From the NCBI GenBank assembly GCA_963708075.1, contig OY970194.1:3136001-3200000 (forward strand): a stretch of 64,000 nt of DNA, read 5' to 3'. The position numbers and the translations under genes are program-made. Of this stretch, positions 50,862 through 58,541 are shown piece after piece. The first letter of the stretch is position 1; the number at the start of each line of letters is the position of its first letter. A model generated the notes under the pieces. It did not search any database. It saw only the letters and a list, made by a program, of their open reading frames with translations, and had not been told where the DNA came from. This DNA comes from Sedimentisphaerales bacterium (GTDB taxonomy: Bacteria > Planctomycetota > Phycisphaerae > Sedimentisphaerales > Anaerobacaceae).

Positions 50862-52127
50862 ATGGCGAATACGAGACAAGTTGAGCAGGCGTACAGACTA
50901 GCACGTGAGCGATACGCGGACTACGGCGTCGACACGGAAAAGGCGATGCGCAGGCTTCGCAAGATTGCCATCTCCCTCCACTGCTGGCAGGGAGATGACG
51001 TCGGCGGGTTCGAGAACGCCGAGGGGCTCAGCGGCGGCGGGATCATGGCCACCGGCGCCTATCCCGGCAAGGCCCGAACTCCCGACGAGCTGCGGGCCGA
51101 TATCGAAGAGGCCCTGAGTCTGATCCCGGGCAGGCATCGGCTGAACCTGCACGCGATGTACGCCGAGACCAGGCGCAAGATCGATCGTAATGAGATAGAG
51201 CCGAGGCATTTCAAAGGCTGGGTCCAATGGGCCAGGGCGAACAAACTCGGCATGGACTTCAACGGCTCGTATTTCTCGCACCCGAAAGCCGCTGACGGCT
51301 TCACGCTCTCCAGTGCGAAGGAGAGCATCCGCCGGTTCTGGGTCGAGCACGGCATCGCCTGCCGCAAGATCGGGGCGTATATGGGCAGAGAGCTTGGCAC
51401 GCCCTGCGTGACGAACACCTGGATTCCCGACGGATACAAGGATATCCCCGTGGATCGCAAAGGCCCGCGCGAACGACTCAGAAAATCGCTCGACGAAATC
51501 CACGCCCAACCGATGAATCGCAAGTACCTGCTGGATGCCGTCGAGGGCAAGCTATTCGGCCTCGGCTCGGAAAGCTACGTCGTCGGCTCGCACGAGTTTT
51601 ACTTAGGCTATGCCGTGGCGAATGGAACGTTGCTGTGCCTGGACATGGGCCATTTCCACCCGACGGAGACCGTGTCCGATAAGATCTCGGCCGTGATGAC
51701 ATTCGTGGACGAGATTCTGCTGCACGTTAGCCGCGGCGTGCGATGGGACAGCGACCACGTCGTGGTCCTTTCCGACGAATTGCAGGCCCTCGCGCAGGAG
51801 CTTGTCCGGGGCGACTACCTTGATCGAACGCATATCGGCCTGGATTTCTTCGACGCCAGCATCAATCGCATCGCCGCATGGGCCGTCGGCACCCGCTGCA
51901 TGATCAAGGCCCTGCTGCTGGCGATGCTTGAGCCCACGGCTCAGCTTCAGCGGATGGAGGTCAAGGGCGATTTCACGTCGCGTCTGGCCACACTTGAGGA
52001 ACTGAAGACACTGCCGTTCGGGGCCGTGTGGGATTACTATTGCCTTAAATCGAACGTGCCGATAGGTAACGCATGGCTTAACGAAGCCAAGGCGTACGAA
52101 GAGAACGTGCTGACGAAACGCAGTTAA
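50862..52127 (+). CDS. rhaA: L-rhamnose isomerase
   Basis: [65 protein letters not shown]. Confidence 0.97.
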   Translation: MANTRQVEQAYRLARERYADYGVDTEKAMRRLRKIAISLHCWQGDDVGGFENAEGLSGGGIMATGAYPGKARTPDELRADIEEALSLIPGRHRLNLHAMYAETRRKIDRNEIEPRHFKGWVQWARANKLGMDFNGSYFSHPKAADGFTLSSAKESIRRFWVEHGIACRKIGAYMGRELGTPCVTNTWIPDGYKDIPVDRKGPRERLRKSLDEIHAQPMNRKYLLDAVEGKLFGLGSESYVVGSHEFYLGYAVANGTLLCLDMGHFHPTETVSDKISAVMTFVDEILLHVSRGVRWDSDHVVVLSDELQALAQELVRGDYLDRTHIGLDFFDASINRIAAWAVGTRCMIKALLLAMLEPTAQLQRMEVKGDFTSRLATLEELKTLPFGAVWDYYCLKSNVPIGNAWLNEAKAYEENVLTKRS

Positions 52128-52143
52128 AGGAAACGAAACGATC

Positions 52144-53310
52144 ATGGTGGCAAATCCATTCCTTGGCGTATTCTTCCATTGGCTTGGCGGATTGGCATCG
52201 GGCAGTTTCTACGTGCCCTACCGAGGCGTGAAGAAGTGGGCGTGGGAGGTCTATTGGCTCGTCGGCGGCTTCTTCAGTTGGATCATCGCGCCATGGGTGC
52301 TGGCGTTGACCCAGACCAACGACCTCCTGGCCGTCCTTCGTGAAGCTCCGGGCAGCGCACTTTGGTGGGCGTACTTCTGGGGGGCGATGTGGGGCCTGGG
52401 TGGACTGACGTTCGGACTGACGATGCGCTACCTCGGAATGTCGCTCGGCATGGCGGTCGCGCTGAGCTATTGCTCGGCCTTCGGCACGCTGATGCCCCCG
52501 CTGTTCGATGGCACGCTTCTTCAGAAGTTCTCCACTCCGTCGGGTCATTGGATTCTGTTTGGGATCATCGTCTGCCTGCTCGGCATCGTCGTCACCGGGT
52601 GGGCGGGTATGTCCAAGGACCGCGAGATGTCTGAGGAGAAGAAGAGAGAGGTCATCAAGGAGTTCAACTTCTGGAAAGGAATCCTGGTGGCCACGTTCTC
52701 GGGCATTATGAGCGCCAGTTTCGCCTACGGGCTCAACGCGGCCCAGCCTATCGCCGAACTCTCCGCCCAGCACGGCACGACGATCCTCTGGACCGGCCTG
52801 CCGAAGCTCTGCGTGGTGCTGCTCGGCGGCTTCACCACCAACTTCATCTGGTGCGTGCTGCTGAACGTCAAGAACGGGACCGGCTACCAGTACTTCCGCC
52901 AGACGCCCCGCCGGGAATCACCGCCGCGTGGAGCCATGCTTGCGGCCGCAATCGACACACCGACCGGGCAGACTGTCACGGAGATACCGGTCACCGTGGT
53001 CAACGCTGTCGCGGCTGTACCGATGCTGAGCAATTACATCTTCTGCGCGCTGGCCGGCGTCACGTGGTATCTGCAGTTCTTCTTCTATACGATGGGCGAG
53101 ACGCAGATGGGCGACTACAAGTTCTCCAGTTGGACGCTCCACATGGCCAGCATCATCATCTTCAGCTCGCTCTGGGGCATCGCCTTGAAAGAGTGGCAAG
53201 GCAGCAGCAGCGGCACCAAGAGCAAGCTGACGCTGGGGCTGCTCATGCTGATCCTCTCGACGATCATCGTCGGCTACGGCAATTACCTCGGCGCTCAAAC
53301 GGCACAGTAA
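52144..53310 (+). CDS. rhaT: L-rhamnose/proton symporter
   Basis: GSFYVPY..VKKWAWE, WGLGGLTFGLTMRYLGMSLG, WYLQFFFY, SWTLHMA. Confidence 0.95.
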   Translation: MVANPFLGVFFHWLGGLASGSFYVPYRGVKKWAWEVYWLVGGFFSWIIAPWVLALTQTNDLLAVLREAPGSALWWAYFWGAMWGLGGLTFGLTMRYLGMSLGMAVALSYCSAFGTLMPPLFDGTLLQKFSTPSGHWILFGIIVCLLGIVVTGWAGMSKDREMSEEKKREVIKEFNFWKGILVATFSGIMSASFAYGLNAAQPIAELSAQHGTTILWTGLPKLCVVLLGGFTTNFIWCVLLNVKNGTGYQYFRQTPRRESPPRGAMLAAAIDTPTGQTVTEIPVTVVNAVAAVPMLSNYIFCALAGVTWYLQFFFYTMGETQMGDYKFSSWTLHMASIIIFSSLWGIALKEWQGSSSGTKSKLTLGLLMLILSTIIVGYGNYLGAQTAQ

Positions 53311-53354
53311 GTCGGGAGCGGTCACGCAAAGAACCTGAGACAAGGAAGAACAGA

Positions 53355-54817
53355 ATGAGCCCGGAGCAGCAATCGCAGGAGACCCATAGCGGCAGTGAGT
53401 TTGAGCGAGAGCCGGTGCCGCAGAATCGACTGCTCGGCTTCCGAAGTTTCGTCGGCATGTACGCCGGCGAGCATACGGCCGGCACCGAGCTGATGATTGG
53501 CCCGCTGTTCGTAGCCGCGGGCGTCAGCGCGTTCGATGTCGTTGTCGGCCTGCTCGTGGGCAACCTGCTGGCGGTGCTGAGTTGGGTTTTTATGTGTGCC
53601 CCGATCGCCACGCGGGCGAGGCTCACGCTGTACTACCAATTGGAAAAGATCTGCGGGCGGCAGTCTTGTGACGCTCTACGACCTGGCCAACGGCGTGATG
53701 TTCTGCATCCTCGCCGGGGCGATGGTGACGGTCTCCGCCACGGCCTTGGGCGTCTGGTTCCACTTCGAGATGCCTGCGCTGGACGACCTCTATCCCAACA
53801 GCATCGGCTGGGTTATCGCCGTGCTCGTATCCGGTGCGATGATTGCTGTTGTGGCCGCGTACGGGTATCAGATCGTTGCCAAGGTCGGAGAAATCGCCGC
53901 ACCGTGGATGGTGCTGGTGTTCATCGCGTTCGGACTCGTCGGCCTGCGGCAGTTCATCGATGCCACAGGAACTCAGATCACGAACCTGTCCGATGTATGG
54001 ATGCTCGCAAAAACGCAAATCTGGCAAGGGCGGCGCACCGCACTGCCGGGTCAGAGTGAAGTTCACGTTCTGGCACGTGATGTTCTTCGCGTGGTTCTGC
54101 AATATGGCGATGCACATCGGAATGTCCGACCTGTCCGTGCTGCGTTTCGCAAAGAAATCGTGGTACGGCGTGGCCAGCGGGACCGGCATGTTCCTCGGGC
54201 ACTACCTGGCATGGCTGGCGGCGTCCATCCTCTACGCGTTCCAAGTGCATCAGGACCCGAGCAATACGAAGGTCCTGCCCGGACCGCTCGCCTACCAGGC
54301 CGCCGGCCTGGCGGGACTCATCTGCGTGATCATCGCCGGCTGGACCACGGCCAACCCGACTATATATCGTGCCGGACTGGCCTTCCAGGCGGTCATCCCA
54401 AAGGCATCGCGATTCCGGGTGACACTGATCACGGGCGGCATCGCCACCGTGGCCGGGATGTTCCCGGCCATCACCATGAGGCTGCTGGACTTCGTGGCGC
54501 TTTATGGCTTGCTGCTGATGCCGATGGGTGCGGTGATCTTCGTGGACTTCTGGCTGATCCGTAAGTTCGGCCTGCAGAGCTACTACGCCGAGCGCTGCGG
54601 GGCCGCGTTCAACTGGGCCGCCGGCGCCGCCTGGCTCGTGACGCTGGCCATCGCCTTTATCCTGGTCAAGTACGCCGGCTTGCAGATTTTCTTCGTGTCG
54701 CTACCCGGCTGGTTCATCGCCGCAACACTCTATATCGGCTTGAGCGTGGTTTATCAACGAGTCGTCCGCCCGGTAATCGCCCAGCCCAAAGTCCGCCCCG
54801 GAATGGCACAGGCATAG
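53355..54817 (+). CDS. NCS1 (cytosine/purine permease) family transporter; two frameshifts (~53655, ~54055)
   Basis: EFEREPVP, YAGEHTAGTELMIGP; continues across ORFs 52851-54059, 53596-54564 and 53843-54817 (AGWTTANPTIYRAG). Confidence 0.85.
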
Positions 54818-54827
54818 GAGAGATCAC

Positions 54828-55001
54828 ATGCGTACTGCATTCATTGTCATCTCGGTGCTTTCTCTGGTCGTCCTGATGGTGCCGTCGATTCTCTTCCTGG
54901 CCGGACGCATGGAGCTCGACACAGTCAAATGGGTCATGCTCGCCGCGACAGTCGTATGGTTCGTCGCCGCCCCTCCCTGGCTCTGGAAGCAAACCGGCTA
55001 A
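54828..55001 (+). CDS. Small 2-TM membrane protein (57 aa), not in the ORF track
   Basis: AGGAGAG SD; MRTAFIVISVLSLVVLMVPSILFLAGRMELDTVKWVMLAATVVWFVAAPPWLWKQTG. Confidence 0.75.
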   Translation: MRTAFIVISVLSLVVLMVPSILFLAGRMELDTVKWVMLAATVVWFVAAPPWLWKQTG

Positions 55002-55040
55002 GCCATCCAAAGCAGGTCTTGAGATCCCACTGGTTATGTG

Positions 55041-55129
55041 TTGGGTGCCATGCTTACGCTTGCTTGCGTAAGCATGCCCCTGTGCGGCTGCCCAAAGCAT
55101 GTCCACGCAATCGCGGACATGGCACCCAA
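55041..55129. repeat. REP-like inverted doublet (family A)
   Basis: TTGGGTGCCATGCTTACGC..GCGTAAGCATG ... CATGTCCACGCAATCGCGGACATGGCACCCAA. Confidence 0.85.
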
Positions 55130-55222
55130 TCCTGTGCCACGCGATATTCCAAAGCGCCCTGGCTTGTGCGCACCAGGTTCCTGCCCCCCTTCTCATGTGT
55201 CTGTGAAAGTAACCTGGGAGTC

Positions 55223-55306
55223 GGGTGGCATCGGCAAGCGGAGCTTGCCGATGGGTGCTACGCATCTGAGGAGCCATCGGCAAGCTGGCGCTTGCCGCTG
55301 CCACCC
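55223..55306. repeat. REP-like inverted doublet (family B)
   Basis: GGGTGGCATCGGCAAGCGGAGCTTGCCGATG ... CATCGGCAAGCTGGCGCTTGCCGCTGCCACCC. Confidence 0.85.
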
Positions 55307-55442
55307 AGCACAGTGCCCTGAGATCTGCCCAGACACCTTCTCATTAGGAACCGCAAAACCCAGTGGACACCGGAGAACAGATGTGCTAATAATAGCGGTT
55401 TTTGGAATGGGCCACGAATCTACGAAATGAGGTGCTGTTGTG

Positions 55443-57407
55443 ATGGATAAGGCGTTAGCGGATCTGATTCGGATTTCGAATGTTACGGGCAGGGACCCGG
55501 CGCTGGTGCTGGGCGGCGGCGGCAATACGTCGGTCAAGACCGGGGACGGCCGATACATGTATATCAAGGCCAGCGGCACGGCCCTGAAGGACATGTGCCG
55601 GGAGCGAGGCTGGCGGCGGCTGAAAATCGAGCCGGTCCTGGCCATCATCAAGGACAAATCGCTGCACAAGCTGGACGCCATCGCCCGGGAGAACACGGTC
55701 GTCAGCCGCCTGCTGGACGCGTGCGACGACGGCTGCGCCGGTGGTGCGCGACCATCCGTCGAATCGCACCTTCACGCCCTGCTCAAGCAGTACGTGATCC
55801 ATCTGCACCCGCTGGTCGTCTCCGCGTACGTCAACGCGAGAAACGGCCAGGCTGAAGTGCAGAAGCTCTTTGCCCGCGAGAAGTTCCCGCCGCTGTGGGT
55901 GCCCTACGCGAACCCCGGCTACATGCTCGCGAGGAAGATCGCTGCACTGGTCGAGGATTATCAGCAGCAACACGGCCGCAAACCTCAAATCCTGTTCCTC
56001 GCAAAGCACGGCGTATTCGTCACGGCTGACAGCGCCAACGGCGCTCTTCGGCTGGTCCGCAAGGTAATTGCACTGTGCCAGAGCAAGGTAAAGCCAATCG
56101 CGGTGCGATCCATCAGGTCACCGGCAACGGAGGACATCACCTCGGCCAAACTGGCGGTCCGCAAGGCCATATTCGAGGCGACTGGACAATATCTTCCGGT
56201 GAGTCACTTCCCTGCCACGAACAGCGTTGCTACGTTCATGGCCCATAGCGAAGCCAGAGCCCTGCTTGCCGCGCCGGCCCTTCACCCGGAGGAAATGGTC
56301 TATGCAAACGGGCCGGCTCTGTGGTGTGAAGATTCGCGATGCGAGAACATCCGTCGCAAGCTGCAAGCCCGCCTCAGCAGGGCGCCCAAGGCCCCGTCCG
56401 CCTTCCTCATCAAGGGTCTGGGCCTCTTCGTGGCCGCCGACAAGTCCATCGCTTCGCTGGTGGCAGAGATGGAGGACGGCTCCGTCACCGTGCGCATGCA
56501 CGCCCGGCGGTTCGGAGGCGTCGTCGGCCTGAGCAAACGGGAGCAGGAGTTCATCAACAACTGGGAATCCGAGGCCTTCCGCAGAAAGCTCGTCAGCGGC
56601 GAGGGCAAGGGCGACCTGAATAATCGCATCGCGGTGGTGACCGGCGCCGGCAGCGGGCTGGGCAGGAGCATCGCCGTCGGCGTGGCAAGGGCCGGAGCAT
56701 TGGTTGCGCTGACGGACATCGACGAGAAGGCCGCACAGGAGACCGCCACACTCATCTCCCGTGAGAGGTCGAAGAATCAGGTCAAGGTCCTCCCGTGCAA
56801 CGTCACGAGCGAAGCCAGTGTATGCCAAGCCTTCGAAGAGCTACTGTCCTACTGGGGCGGCCTCGATATCCTCGTCAATGCGGCGGGGATCGCGCCGGCA
56901 TACGCACTGGTGGATATGCCTGTAGACAAGTGGCGCATGGCGATGGAGGTGAACCTCACGGGGTACCTCCTGATGGCCCGCGAGGCGGCGAGAATCATGA
57001 TCGCGCAGGGCATGGGCGGAAGCGTCGTCAATCTCAGCTCCAAGTCCGGCCTGGACGCCAGCAAGAACAACACGGCCTATAATGCGACAAAAGCAGGCGA
57101 GCTTCATATGGCCCGTGGCTGGGCTCTGGAGCTTGGCGAGCACGGCATCCGCGTCAACAGCATCGCCCCCGGCAATGTATTCGAGGGTTCAAAGATCTGG
57201 AATCCAGAGTATATCAAGGTCTGTGCGAAGAAGTACGGGATCCGGCCCGAGGAAGTGATCCCCTACTACGTAAACAAGACGGCCTTGAGGCGGGAGATCA
57301 AGGGGCAGGACATCGCCGACGCCGTGGTGTTCCTGTGCTCCGACAAGGCCCGCACGATCACGGGACAGACTCTCGTCGCCGACTCAGGACAAGTGATGGT
57401 TCGGTGA
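55443..57407 (+). CDS. rhaD: Bifunctional class II aldolase / short-chain dehydrogenase (RhaD-SDR, RhaEW-like)
   Basis: GGGGNTSVK, IKASG, RPSVE..LH, IHLHP, KHG; C-terminal TGAGSGLG, NAAG, YNATK. Confidence 0.82.
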   Translation: MDKALADLIRISNVTGRDPALVLGGGGNTSVKTGDGRYMYIKASGTALKDMCRERGWRRLKIEPVLAIIKDKSLHKLDAIARENTVVSRLLDACDDGCAGGARPSVESHLHALLKQYVIHLHPLVVSAYVNARNGQAEVQKLFAREKFPPLWVPYANPGYMLARKIAALVEDYQQQHGRKPQILFLAKHGVFVTADSANGALRLVRKVIALCQSKVKPIAVRSIRSPATEDITSAKLAVRKAIFEATGQYLPVSHFPATNSVATFMAHSEARALLAAPALHPEEMVYANGPALWCEDSRCENIRRKLQARLSRAPKAPSAFLIKGLGLFVAADKSIASLVAEMEDGSVTVRMHARRFGGVVGLSKREQEFINNWESEAFRRKLVSGEGKGDLNNRIAVVTGAGSGLGRSIAVGVARAGALVALTDIDEKAAQETATLISRERSKNQVKVLPCNVTSEASVCQAFEELLSYWGGLDILVNAAGIAPAYALVDMPVDKWRMAMEVNLTGYLLMAREAARIMIAQGMGGSVVNLSSKSGLDASKNNTAYNATKAGELHMARGWALELGEHGIRVNSIAPGNVFEGSKIWNPEYIKVCAKKYGIRPEEVIPYYVNKTALRREIKGQDIADAVVFLCSDKARTITGQTLVADSGQVMVR

Positions 57408-57469
57408 CCCAATGTCACGATCTCGATGCATTTGTGATAAAACTTTTTGAAAAACGGCTCAGTTTTCAG

Positions 57470-57498
57470 TTGACAATTTGAGAGGGATCGTTTATAAG
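57470..57498 (+). promoter_or_regulatory. Near-consensus sigma70 promoter
   Basis: TTGACA (57470-75), 17 bp, TATAAG (57493-98); AT-rich UP-like tract upstream. Confidence 0.8.
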
Positions 57499-57504
57499 GA
57501 CGCA

Positions 57505-58125
57505 CGATAAGTCACATGGTCCTCAGTAAGGAGGAGGCCACACCGGATGGTAGGCCACGGACCATGCAACTCATGGAGGAGTGCCTCTTGCAGGATGCAG
57601 AGGCCTGACGACAGGAGAGTGTGTAGTGAAAAGGCTTTCACCACAGCCCGTGGTGAGTGTTCGGCCGCTCGTGTTGGAGAAAATGGGCGTCCGTCACCAG
57701 GGACATGCAGGGATGCGGATAGGCAGCCTTGATGCTACTCCCCCGTACGATGGCTCCGCACCGACAACGATCCACACCCGGGCACACGCGAGTTGGAATT
57801 CAGCCCGGCCCTCCGCATGTTCTGTCCGCTCTCGCATCACCAAACGCAAGCAAGGTGGGTTCAAATCCACTTCTCCCAAACAATCGGCCCGCGGCGGCGG
57901 GGATCAGTGCTGTGCCGAGACATCGTGCACGCAGTCTGTCCTGCCGGCGATCGGGCCCGTGATCTGTCCCGGGCGAGGTCCGGCGGCCCACACGCCGCAC
58001 GAGATATCGCGCGGAGTCCGGATATCCTATTCCAGTCCATACTTCTCTTCATCTCTCACTCTTAGTATTTGGGGCGCGGCCTCTCCTGCTCGACATGTTC
58101 TGACAAGGCCGCGCCCCCACCCATT
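57505..58125 (+). ncRNA. Candidate structured non-coding RNA (GGA-rich 5' part; 3' boundary uncertain, could extend to ~58540)
   Basis: Strong promoter, no convincing CDS, 12 GGA motifs in 57530-57719, several hairpins, 12-bp terminal stem at 58071-58117. Confidence 0.45.
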
Positions 58126-58127
58126 TT
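58071..58127 (+). terminator. GC-rich hairpin, possible terminator
   Basis: GGGGCGCGGCCT / AGGCCGCGCCCC perfect 12-bp stem; short T-tract a few nt downstream. Confidence 0.5.
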
Positions 58128-58541
58128 CCCGACACGGGAAAGGGAGAACTCCGGCTCCGTCTTCTGTACGAACACCGTGGAGCCTGAAGAGAGCGGGGGA
58201 TGCAGAGTGTGTCCAAATAGTTTCGCGGCATGGCTGTCAACCGTGGACGCGAGCCTGCGGCGTTGACCCGCAGGAGGCGACCACGTTTTCCCATAGCCCC
58301 GCACCGTGGCAATCCAGAGGACGCGTTGGGATGCTCAGTTGCAGAGCACGAATCCCAAAGTCGTGTCCTGACGGTCATGGCTTCAGCGACCTCTGGATTG
58401 CCTGATTTTACTGTGGGGCGGAGTCTTGCGGCCGGCTCAAGGAGGAGCCGGCCCCGCGAGGCCCGGGGATGGGCAGCCGCCAGCCGATGACCGGCTCAAG
58501 ATCAACGTAAGAGCCGCGGCAGGTTGAGCTCGTGCCTGCCG

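Noticed and set aside
49430..55306. CRISPR array
   Set aside because: Repeats are inverted palindromic doublets without regular spacers; no cas genes.
57547..57732. 61-aa ORF preceded by AAGGAGGAGG
   Set aside because: The SD-like sequence is one of many GGA motifs and the peptide has no recognisable features. Kept only as an alternative to the sRNA hypothesis.
57800..57881. Complete tRNA or tmRNA gene
   Set aside because: No matching 5' acceptor strand, D-arm or anticodon arm at the proper spacing; no tmRNA GGGG start or CCA end.
57581..58405. 274-aa ORF across the orphan region
   Set aside because: Ser/Pro/Arg-rich low-information sequence, no recognisable motif, runs through strong hairpins. 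Not formally excluded given the assembly's indels.
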